A stretch of DNA of 64,000 nucleotides from Eledone cirrhosa. Taxonomy: Eukaryota. Of this stretch, positions 13,571-24,687 are shown in pieces. The stretch is taken from contig OZ024740.1 of NCBI GenBank assembly GCA_964016885.1, forward strand, positions 100,378,001 to 100,442,000. Direction: 5' to 3'. The notes beneath the pieces are model-generated. The model did not search any database. It saw only the letters and a list, made by a program, of their open reading frames with translations, and was not told the origin of the DNA. Position 1 is the first letter of the stretch. Each line of letters starts with the position of its first letter. The translations under genes were made by a program, and so were the position numbers.

Positions 13571-13878
13571 ATATTAATAAAAGGAATTCCAATTTTGTCT
13601 GGTTTACTCGTTTTATTTACAATCATTTAAAATTATAATATTATCATGAAATAGTATGGTAGAATATTAAATGTTAAGTGTTAATTGAACAAGTTTGCAA
13701 ATTGACTGTCACCACAGAATATGAACCTGAAGATTGCGAAAGCATGAAAGTACTTGTTCAATTAACACTTAACATTTAATGTTCTACCATACTATTTCAT
13801 GATAATATCATTATAATTTTAAAGGATTGTAAATAAAACGATTAATCCAGACAAAATTGGAATTCCTTTTATTAATAT
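13571..13878. mobile_element. Fold-back element with ~125-bp inverted arms and a central hammerhead-like motif (Penelope-type remnant)
   Basis: 13571-13694 is the reverse complement of 13752-13878 with a few mismatches; (TA)n lies nearby. Confidence 0.8.
13722..13760 (+). ncRNA. Minimal type I hammerhead ribozyme-like motif
   Basis: TGAAC-CTGAAGA-T-TGC-GAAA-GCA-T-GAAA-GTAC-TT-GTTCA. Stem I is TGAAC/GTTCA, the CUGANGA and GAAA cores are intact, and stem III is palindromic (AAGTACTT). The base of stem II has a U-U mismatch. Confidence 0.6.
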
Positions 13879-13886
13879 ATATATAC

Positions 13887-14130
13887 ATCATCATCGTCAT
13901 CAACGTTAGCATGGGTTTAGATGGGAATTGTCCCAGTTGAGGCAAGATTGATCGTCTCACTCTTATAGGACTGTCTGGCGGGTTTTCTATGGCTGGAAGC
14001 CCTTCCTAACACAAACCACATTTACAGTGTGGACTGGGAGGTTTTTACCGTGTTACCTACACGGCCACATTACAGCGTGGACTGTGTTATTTTTGTTGTG
14101 ACATCTACAGAACCTCATTTATTTAGTACT
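13887..14130 (-). mobile_element. Short RTE-LINE 3'-tail-related fragment
   Basis: CATCATCAT...TAGCATGGGTTTAGA...TTTCTATGGCTGGAAGCCCTTCCTAACAC...TTTACAGTGTG matches the reverse complement of the RTE 3' end at 57950-58169. Confidence 0.65.
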
Positions 14131-14270
14131 GGATGTTGGGGAACCAACATAGCTTTACATCGAAAGGGGGTGGTGTAGTTGGCGGTGTGGGTAGGGTTAG
14201 TTGGACGGGGTGTATTTTGGTTAAGAGATGCCTACTGACTGTGTTTATGTATATATATATAGAAAGGAAC

Positions 14271-16478
14271 TATAGCGAGGATACTGGGTTGTATGAATGT
14301 AACAAGGAATACATTGTTTGTGTAGATATATTTAATTAACAATGGTAGATAGTATACTTGACATGTCAAAGATAGACGTTAGAATGAAACAAAGTTAGTA
14401 GTTACCGTTTTGATTGCCAGGCAAACGCGGCTGGCAGAGGACGCCTGGCTAAGGCCAGGCGCCTGTTGGCCAAATTAATGGCGGAGCCCAATGAGAGGCT
14501 CTTGACCTGGTGCCGAAAAGGAAAAGAGAGAAAGGAAGCTTAAAGTTGTTAGTTTTATAGGGCTCTGACCGGAAGTTGCAGAAAGGGTTCCACTTCCCGT
14601 CTAGATCCTAATCAAAACAAGGGAGACAACCGCTACATAACCTCCCGCCAGAATTTTAGTGTATAAAAATCGAAATGAAAATATGTAGCAAGTTGGCGAG
14701 AATGTTGTAACAGGCATGAAAATTACGACAAAAGAATGTTTGGAAAAATCAATGATAGATATCAAGGTAGCCAACCGCTCTTGGCCAGAGAACGACTGGA
14801 CATCCATCTATCCATCACCCAAAGATACAATGTAATAAAGTAAAAGTAATAGAAGAGCTCAAAGTTCAAAATATAGTTCACAGGTGTGCAATCACATGAC
14901 AGCAGGAAAGAAAGTGTGTTCCAGAGAATGAATGCAGGTGGTTTCTGTTCTGTGGTATATCGTGAAATTTCCAACCTCCGAATGGATTTTCTCACAGGAA
15001 GAGTGCTGCAAAAATGAATTCTCTGGCTTTGGTGAAGCTGTATTGATGTATTGCTGTTGCTGTTATATTGCTGTTGCTGCTGCTGTTGTCTCGCTGAGTG
15101 AGCGTATTCGGTGTTTAAATTCACAGTAAAAAAAATTTTTTTAGAAAAAATGAGTTGCGCAAAGTGCTAGAAATAGCAGCCGAAGTTGATGGTCGATGTT
15201 GAGAATGCGTTGACCTGGAAGGGTCAAGAGGCCAGCGACCAGAGAAATAAGCATTCTCAATAAATGCGCGGTCATCAACGGTAAATTTACATTGTAAATT
15301 TATAAACCGGCAAATAGAAGAATATAGCTTAAGGCTGAAGAATCCCTGGGGAGAAATGTTATCTCTGGCGTGCGGCTGTCTGTGAGTAGAGACATCTCAG
15401 TGAATCGAGAATTTGTGCTGCCTACACGTGCCAATACAAGGTTGAAAAAAAAAAATATTTCTAACGCGCGAGAAAATGATAGTGCAATTTTGAAAGTGAC
15501 AATGATGAAAAAGAAAGGCTTCACTCAGCATAATTATTGGTGTGAACTTTGGGAAAAAAAAAAAAAAAAAACTTGAACGATGAAGAAAACGATGAACAAA
15601 AAGGCAATGGTTCATCGAAAATAAATGTTCCTGTTGAAATGTTTTTTTAAAGAATATCAAATTTCTTTTTTTTTTTTTTTTGTGTGTGTTTTGAAAGAGT
15701 TCGTTGTAAGAAACGAGAAACATATATATATCGTGAAATGTTTTTTTTTTTGTTTTTTTTTGTTTTGAAAGTGTTCGTTGTAAGAAACGAGAAACATATA
15801 TATATATCGTGAAATGTTTTTTTTTTTTTTTTGTTTTGTTTTGAAAGTGTTCGTTGTAAGAAACGAGAAACATATATATATATTGGTGAAATGCGACAGT
15901 TAATTGATGCGTGAGAGAAAAAGTATGTCTGTGCGAATTCCACATGTGCGTGTGTGCGTGTCCTTGAGTATGTTCATAGTTTGTCGCTAAATTTGCTGTG
16001 TATTCGTAATGTTACTCACAAAACCAGATGTGCTATTTTTTTCTTTTTTGGGGTGACCACTTATAGCGATGAACGGCTGCGTGTTCGTATCACGTCAGGG
16101 TTACCAATATAGCGAGATTACTGAGGTTGTATGAATGTAACAAAACGAGACATGGTTTGTGTGTAGATATATTTAATTAACAATGGTAGATAGTATACTT
16201 GACATGTCAAAGATAGATGTTAGAATGAAACAAAGTTAGTAGTTACCGTTTTGATTGCCAGGCAAATGCGGCTGGCAGAGGACGCCTGGCTAAGGCCAGG
16301 CGCCTGTTGGCCAAATTAATGGCGGAGCCCAATGAGAGGCTCTTGACCTGGTGCCGAAAAGGCAAAGAGAGAAAGGAAGCTTAAAGTTGTTAGTTTTATA
16401 GGGCTCTGACCGGAAGTTGCAGAAAGGGTTCCACTTCCCGTCTAGATCCTAATCAAAACAAGGGAGACAACCGCTACA
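14271..16478 (-). mobile_element. Non-autonomous LTR retrotransposon, copy A (LTRs 14271-14637 and 16108-16478)
   Basis: ~370-bp direct repeats reading TGTAGCG...CGCTATA on the minus strand; 4-bp TSD GAAC (14267-14270 and 16479-16482); PBS TGGTAACCCTGACGTGAT next to the 5' LTR; purine-rich CTGGCGGGAGGTTA before the 3' LTR; TATAAAA inside the LTR; no gag/pol ORF. Confidence 0.92.
16089..16106 (-). promoter_or_regulatory. Primer-binding site resembling the tRNA-Trp 3' end complement
   Basis: TGGTAACCCTGACGTGAT compared with TGGTGACCCCGACGTGAT expected for eukaryotic tRNA-Trp (recalled from memory). The same PBS is at 53471-53488. Confidence 0.8.
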
Positions 16479-16574
16479 GAACGATCGACTTTTCGTCAAA
16501 TCGGACCGAGGGAACAATGTTTCCGTTGGTCTTTCCAATTGCTAATACTATCTATCGGTCGCAACTCCAGGTAG

Positions 16575-16698
16575 AAGGAGCAACGTGAAATAAAGTGTCT
16601 TGCTCAAGGACATAACGCATCGCCTCGTCCAAGAATCGAACTCACAACCTTACGATTGCGAATCCAATTCTCTAACCACTCAGCCACACGCCTTCACA
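16575..16698 (-). mobile_element. tRNA-derived SINE head (second family)
   Basis: Minus strand has A box TGGCTGAGTGG and B box GAGTTCGATTC, followed by GTCCTTGAGCAAGACACTTTATTTCACGTTGCTCC. A decayed relative lies near 13065-13130. Confidence 0.75.
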
Positions 16699-16794
16699 TG
16701 TATATATACATATATAGGTATGTATATATGTGTATATATATATATATGTATATATATATGTGTGTGTATATATATATCTATGTATATATATGTG

Positions 16795-16827
<33 letters not shown>

Positions 16828-17917
16828 GGATGTGTGAATGGATATATACATACGTATATTATGTATGCATATATATATATATATATAGAATCTTCATACT
16901 TCTTCACACTTGTTATCATCCGTGTTAAGATGAATATGCAAATGAAATCAAAATGAAATAATTTAAGTCATCAGGGAATTAATCCTGACATTTTGTTAAT
17001 TAAGCTATTTGAGAATTCAATCGAAATAGTTTGCCTCAATAAGAAGGCAACTGACTTGATTAAGTTATTTTCCTGTTTTCATGCACATATATAATTAATT
17101 AACCATATTTTCAAATAAATGAAATTCAAAATAAGAGGTAAAGTAGTCGATTTGATAATAGCTAAAATTTCTACTTTACTGAAATGAAATGGAATGGAGA
17201 TTGTTTTGACTATGTTTCTGGAAATCTAGCGAGTGTGATGATGAGATTATGATAACATACTGAGGTTTGAAAGAGTAAGAACTTTGATAAATTAAAGAGC
17301 TGTGGTGCTTTGTTACATGAATATTCAAAATAACATTAAATAGACAAAGACATCAGAAAGAATATAAAAAGAAGAAAGAAGTACAAGTGAAGTTGAAGAG
17401 GATGAGTAATAATGTATGAGTAACTAATTCTATATATTTCACTGAAAAGGTGATTTTGGTTCTTTAACCGGACATTAGGCCATTTTCAGCAATTTGTATG
17501 TGCCTATTTTAATTTTCTGATACATATGTATATATGTATTTTATATGGAATGCCACATGGTACTCTTATATATATATATTATATATCAAGCTGCAGCTTC
17601 ATAATATTTGTCTTCCCTGTTTGGTGGCTATTGTAGTCCGGTTCATTCAGTATGCTGGGTACAGGAAGGTAGGTGGTCCGCATTCTGTTTGCCCAATTTG
17701 AAGGGTGGGTCGCAGTTTAGCAGAAGTCATGAATGCAGATTAGCATGTGGAATAGGGTGTTTGCTTAATGATTGTGATCTGACTGGAACAATAATCATCT
17801 TATCATCATCATCATCATCATCATCTTCGTTTAACGTCCATATTCCACGCTCGCATGGGTTTGGACGGGAGTTTTCCCACTTGAGGCAAGAGTGGTTGTC
17901 TTGCTCGCATAGGACTG

Positions 17918-17995
<78 letters not shown>

Positions 17996-18018
17996 GTATA
18001 TATATATATATATATGTG

Positions 18019-18083
<65 letters not shown>

Positions 18084-18086
18084 GTG

Positions 18087-18118
<32 letters not shown>

Positions 18119-18190
18119 TATGTACATATATATATATATGTATATATATATATGCATATATATATATGTATATATATATATACATATATA
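17918..18190. repeat. (TA)n microsatellite with interruptions
   Basis: About 270 bp of TA repeats with sporadic TG/CA. Confidence 0.97.
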
Positions 18191-18231
18191 TTGGAAAATG
18201 TGTGAGATCCTTGGTACAGTTAGGTATATTT

Positions 18232-20325
18232 AAAAAAAAGGAAAAGAATGACTTCACTTGTAGTTCTAAACAATTTGATTTAATTTTATAATATTAATAG
18301 CAGTGGTACCCGGCGTGCACAGGATAAGGTATTTTGGAACGCGGGCCGCCAACAGACCTAATCATGGAAAAACTGCATGCCTCGACAATAAATAAAGAAA
18401 ATAAACCAAATATTCTGATGGCTGGATAATCTGTAAGATTTTCCTCGATGAAGCAGGAAAAATGCAGGTTTTCACCTAATGCGGGCCCGAAGGCATCAAG
18501 AAAATTAATTTTTTCTATGTGCATAATATGCCTTGAAATTTCAGGAAAATCAACTAGACGTAACGCCCTAAAAAGCTGAAAAAATGAAGTTTTTCACCTA
18601 CTTCGAGCCCTAGGCCATAAAAAAGTTGCATTTTCTTTGCTCACGGTATGAAGAGACTGACTAATATATAGGTGCAATTGCAAGGAAATTGGTCTGATGT
18701 AACGCCTCAAAATACCCATAAAAAGCTAAAAAAAACGCAGTTTTTTACCTACTGCGGACCCTAAGGGATCAAAAAGTTGAATTTTTTATGTACATAATAC
18801 TCCCTGAGTAACTTTTTTTCTCGTAAAGGCACGTAAGTAAGCAACACTGAGAAAACTGAAGCTATTATAGCAATGATTTTCTTTACCGGCTTTAATTTTT
18901 TAGTGTTGTGTGAAATATATAACCTGCAAACCTGATTTTTGAATCGCAGCAGGATCGACTTTATTTCACTCGTTCCACTAAAAGTTTGATTTTCTTTGCT
19001 CACAGTATGAAGAAGAAACTGACTAATACATAGTTACCGGCTTTCATTTTTAGTATTGTATGAAACATATAACCGCCTTAGCTAAGCTTAGTATTGCCAC
19101 AACCACGGCTGGCAAAGAAGTAAGGGTCTGGTGGTAGGTAAGTCAGCAACACTGTGGCTTAAACGTGAGGAAGAAGTTGTGTGCACTTACCAACTGTTTG
19201 GGGAATGAGTGTGAGATTTGTCTTGAGCAAGAGTGGCAGAATAACCGGAGGCAGCAAACATCCAGACGTACAGACAGATATTATAAGGGTGCATCCTGGA
19301 CGCAGACGGAATTGTGGGAAGTGACGTAATGCAGACAGCCAGACATACAGACAGATATTATAAGGGCGCGACGTTATATGTATGTATTTATTTTAAAAGA
19401 GAAAGACTAAGAATTATAGAGCGAGATCGCTAAATCGCCTAATGCAGTCCCTAGCGCATTGCAAATTTGAAAATGTTTTTGCTCAGAACACTCCCTAAGA
19501 CATAATTATTACATGTGTAAAGTTTGAAAACAGTTGGTTGGATGCTTCTCGATGTTTAGGGATTCAAACTCACACACACACACACAGACAGACATCCTTA
19601 GTCTTATATATATATATAGATAATATTATGTGTTGGTAGATCTAGTAAGTTGTTTGTTAACTTCGGTGAGAAGATTTTTAAAGATTCCTGATTAACTTCC
19701 CTGGAGAACTTTCTCACATTCGTCAGCGGTGATTGTCAAACTGTGATCAGGTTGTGTTGTGATGTGTGACTCTATATATAAGAGAGATTTGGATGTGTCT
19801 GGGGGTGGGGTGCGGTGTTAATGAGTGTGGGAGTTAAGGTGTATTGATGAAGATTTAAAGGAATTAATGCATACACACACACACACATACACATACATAT
19901 ATACACAGAAAATGGTAAATGTTGACAGCAAGATAATGGGATGAGAGTGTTTAAGAAAGGAGCTATAAAAGTACCCTCCTGCTGGTTCCATTTCAATAAA
20001 TGACTTTTGATGAATATAATGGCAGGATGTTTTTCAAATTCGTTACTTATAGCTGCATCAACTCTTAAATTTATAAAGAATACCTTCAACAATTTTCCAT
20101 ATTAAAGATCTGTGACTCATCATAACACAACCTGATCGCAGTTTGACAATCACCACCGACGAATGCAAGAAATTTCTCCAGGAAAGTTAACCAGGAATCT
20201 TTAAAAAATCTTCCCACCAAAGTTAACAAAATAACTTTCTAGATCTACCAACTCATAATATTATAATATAAAATTAAATCAAATTGTTTAGAACTACAAG
20301 TGAAGTCATTCTTTTCCTTTTTTCC
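18232..20325. mobile_element. Fold-back element whose left arm is interrupted by a Helitron
   Basis: 18232-18296 joined to 19621-19765 is the reverse complement of ~20115-20325; (TA)n tracts lie outside both arms. Confidence 0.8.
18297..19620 (-). mobile_element. Non-autonomous Helitron related to the 5699-11047 element
   Basis: 18297-18445 matches 5699-5850 (3' hairpin; CTAG changed to CTAT). 18840-19370 matches 10548-10990. The 5' end is A|TCTATATATATATATAAGAC at 19620, and the insertion is between A and T. Confidence 0.88.
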
Positions 20326-20347
20326 TTTTTTTCAAATATATATATAC

Positions 20348-20379
<32 letters not shown>

Positions 20380-21724
20380 CGTATATTATGAAGCAACTTT
20401 ATTTTATTAACTGACTAAATACACTTTTTCGAATTACTCTAATCTGTTTTATCATGACTATAGCAAGAAAAACATTTATTTTACCTAATTAAAGCATGAA
20501 CGTGCATGTTGGTCCTCTAATGGATCTAACAATGAGTGCTCCAGTTGTTTGATCAACGCCTGCTCAGGAAATTAGCATGTAAGTATCTGAGAATTGCACA
20601 GACACCTGTACTCAATGTAATTCTCAAAGAGATTCGACATGATTGAATTACAGATACTGTCCATCTTACGTGCTTTGAAACTGGTGGATCTGAATCTATT
20701 ATATATGACACTTTTCCTAGATGTTCTGCAGTGGGATTGATCTTGGGACCTAATGATTACGAAGCAAATCTCTTAACCATTCGCCCATGTTGCATCCATA
20801 TTTCACTGAACACCAACAGATTAGCTTATGCGTATTTTTAGATGTTCAACAATCATGTGTTTGGATTATGATGCATCCAAATGTTGGCTATTATTTGTGA
20901 AGTAAATATTTTGTATATTTTCAGGAATAAATTAATCTAACCTAACCTAAACCATCCTTATATTTAGCTAGTTAAAGTCAGGCAAGAAGATTAGTTTATT
21001 TATAAAAATATTCAAAATTTATGTTTTTGATAATGCCTTTGGTTGGCTATTTTTATATTCAAATTAAGGTTTTTATTTTTATTTGATTATTTGTTTTGTC
21101 TTAATATAGATAGACGACAAGATTATTTTTTGCTAAAGTAAACCAACATATCCACTGCCCATGAACATAAAGATTTTATTTTAAAAAGAAATATTTTCAA
21201 TTATTTTTTATACTTTTACATGGGATTGACGATGTAATCTTTAACTTGCAGCCTAAGTTCAATAAAAAAGTGAAAATAGCTTTTGTGGAATTTACGATGT
21301 GTTTTGCTTTTTTTAGAAAATGTTCCTGCTGATTGGTGTTCTGTGAATTCTGTACCTTAATTAGATAAAGAAAAAAATGTTGTAACTATACTAGTAACAA
21401 CAGACAGTAGTATTACAAAGATTGGGAATGTTAGTCCATGTGTCTTATGTGAAAGAATAACAATACAGTAAAAAGAAAATTGTATATCTATGTACTAACA
21501 AATATTCATAAATCTCTTCTGGTTCTTGAGAAATATTTAAAACAAAGAAAGATAGCTTATAGTTGTCCAAATTCAAATCTATTTTCAAACATATTCACAA
21601 AAGCTCGCATTCAAAATATAGATACGAAAAGAATTAAAATACAATATAGAGCACAAATATCATTTCACAGCAGTATTATATCTGCAGATCACTATAGTGG
21701 TCCAATAATAAATTACAATAAGAG

Positions 21725-21793
21725 GAATGTATGGGAAACATTAAACAAAACAACATACATGAATGTATGGGAAACATTAAACAAAACAACATA
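21725..21793. repeat. ~35-bp tandem duplication
   Basis: GAATGTATGGGAAACATTAAACAAAACAACATA occurs twice. Confidence 0.9.
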
Positions 21794-23672
21794 ATAAAGA
21801 ATATTATTACACTGACTTTGCATAAGAAATTCGTTGATGACTTTAAAATGGTGAAAGTTTGGTTATTAATTGACAAATCAATTGATATACACATCATGAA
21901 TCTAATGGGAATTATATGTGAAATACATTTCCTATAAGCATAGGTACGTAAACATTTTTTCTGCAGATAATTCTTGTTGTATCAACAACTGCTGAAGTTT
22001 GTATAATCCAATTGAAAGTGTTGTTAAACAACGAATATCATTCATATAAATAATTGTATTGAACTTAAAGCAGTTGGCAAACAACATAATTTAATGTTTT
22101 CAAGATTCAGTAATAGAAACCCAAATATTACATTTGTAAAATATATGTGACACCGTTTGAATATATAATGCCAAAAGGCATTTGCATGCCTGCTTTCTAA
22201 TTTTCCTTTACTGATATCAGGAATTAAACATTGGTTTAGCGTTAGGGCTTTTCACCGATATGATTTCAAGAAAATTTATTCAGTAATGAATGGTGCAAAA
22301 TATTTGTCAACCAAAGCACGACTCATTGGTTGGTCAGAAGGAATAGAGATAAACCTGCTGCAAAGGCATAGTTTACTTCAGTTGCTGAAAAAGAAAAGCA
22401 ATACATGGTGCTTACTCTAAATTCTATGCTTTAAGACGAAACCAACAAAATTTATTTTATTTTGCTTACCTTAATATCTTGAATTTTGAGTATGTAAATG
22501 CAGATTTGCAAGCTTCAAATCTCAACTTTTGAAGACGTTGAGGAATTGAAAAACAACTTCTATACAACATGTGTTTAGAAGCTTCAGGCAATGAAAAAAA
22601 TCTAAACCATCTAGCTTGGATTTAACATCTAATAGATCATTACATTAGACAGAGTGATTGAAGTTGCGAAAATGTTTGGGAGATCGAATGGAACTGCTGC
22701 CAAGATGGAATCTTATTTTCTACTACAGGTAGGAAAAGGTAAACACTTCAAAATTATTACTTATCTTGTGAGTTACAGTTTCTTTCAGAATCTTTTAACC
22801 TTGTGAAGCAACATATCTTACTCAAAAAGGGTTCTTGAATAAATTTTGTATTTACTCTGGATACAACTCCAGATTCCATTTACACTGAACAAACAACATT
22901 ACTGTTGAAGTGCTAATTTAAAAGACAGTATGTATGTGCTAGCAATAAACATGAAAAAGAGATTGTTCAGTTAATTATGGATAATTTGGATTGTTAGCAT
23001 ATGAATTGTAAGCATATGACAAAGTTGCTAATGTGGCTGGAAATTAAAATAGTGCTCCAATAAATATACTAGAACTGTTTTGATGCCAGTCTTTTCCTTG
23101 TGTGCAAAATACTGGCGCTAAACTCTAAACTCCATTTTGTTTCACTTATCCTCCAATGCATTAGATGACACATATGTGTTTAAACCTAGAAATCACTAGT
23201 AACGCAGAGTTAAGACAAAGTTAATTGCTCTTTTCTGTTATTTATACCCAAAGTGGCTGAGGTTAGTGCATCAAACTATAGAAAGCTTGTCAAACAAAGT
23301 ATCAGAAGGACTCTTCAGTTATGTTGAGGGCATGAAAACTTCCATAGAGACCTAGTATGGGTGATCTATGAGATAAATGTGCCCTGTAGACTCTGTAAAG
23401 TGTTTAGTGATATGAAGTGCCATAGGAAACCTGCCAAACAAACATCAGGAGGATTATCAAAGAGATGACAACATTCCTGATGCTGTTGCCATGATAAAAA
23501 AACACTCAAGAGAGCACAGAAATACATATAAGTAAGATTTAGGCCTTCAGCTTATCTGAGAGGTTAGTAGATCCACTTGAGAATTGACTTGGTATGTAGT
23601 GACCCTTCCAACCCTTGTTAGCAGTAAAGACATATGTTAGATGATGAAGATGATAATGAGGAGGATCTATAT

Positions 23673-24314
23673 TCATCATCATCATCACCGTTTTACGTCC
23701 GTTCTTCCACACTAGCATGGGTTAGACAGGTTGTCCTGTTGTGGGAAGTGTCTCGTCGGCTGACCTTGTCTTGCTCATACAGGAACTGATTTTGGCTTGA
23801 TTTCTACAGCTTGATGCCCTTCCTAACACCAACCTCATTTACAGTGAGTGCTGGGTGCTTTTTTCCGTGGCAACTACACATCCACTTTACAGTGTGGGCT
23901 GGGTGCTTTTTTGCCGTGGCACCTCCACGACCTCTTTGCAGTGGGAGGGTGTGATGGCATATTGTCTATATGCTTCAGCTTCGGCTTGTACCCATGGGAG
24001 GTTGGGTACTCTGTATTACTGCGTGAGGCCAGAGGTCACGGTCGTGTGTCATTGCCTTTTAGAGGTGTAATTGGGTAAGGTCGGCTTTTATCACCTCATC
24101 CCAGGTCTTCTTGGGTCTCCCCACTCCGCAGTTTCCATTGACTTCTAGTGCTCTGCACCTTTTTATGCAGCTGCCATCCTTCATACGCATCACATGACCA
24201 TACCAACGCAACCGTCTCTCCTGCACACAGCATATGATTCCTCTTATGCTCAGTCTCTCTCTCAATTCAGTTATGCTTTGCCGTTCGTGTATATTACTAT
24301 TACACATCCGTCGG
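23673..24314 (-). mobile_element. 5'-truncated RTE LINE (3' end)
   Basis: ORF fragment ERRLRWYGHVMRMKDG...GRPKKTWDEVIKADL; closely matches 57535-58169; has a (GAT)n tail. Confidence 0.9.
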
Positions 24315-24687
24315 ATGTATATATATCAGATGTATATATATAATTGTTTAAATGATCTGAAACCGCTATACGTGATTTCAGAAAATGAAACAATATCCTG
24401 GTTCTGGCAGATACAACTAAAAATATTTCGTGTAGATTTCCATACATACTATTAATTTATCTATAAAGAAATAAAAAATATAAATAAAAAAAAGACAAAT
24501 AGAAACGGTAGTGACATAAACAATGAAGGGAAAAATATTATAAATAATCTAGATAATGCAGAACCTTACAATCCTTAAACTCTTCGATTCACCTTAAATG
24601 ACCATAAAGTGAACTTTAATGAAGGTCATTTATAGTTATTTGCCCCTCTACTTCTGATATAAAGAAAATTAGCAAGAAAAAAAAAAA

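Noticed and set aside
15330-15368. CTGAAGA-A-TCCCTGGGGA-GAAA-TGTTATC in the LTR element interior (retrozyme-like idea)
   Set aside because: Stems I and III are very weak, and the motif is antisense to the element and outside the LTRs; probably chance.
17608-18291. 227-aa and overlapping YI-repeat ORFs
   Set aside because: Translations of (TA)n.
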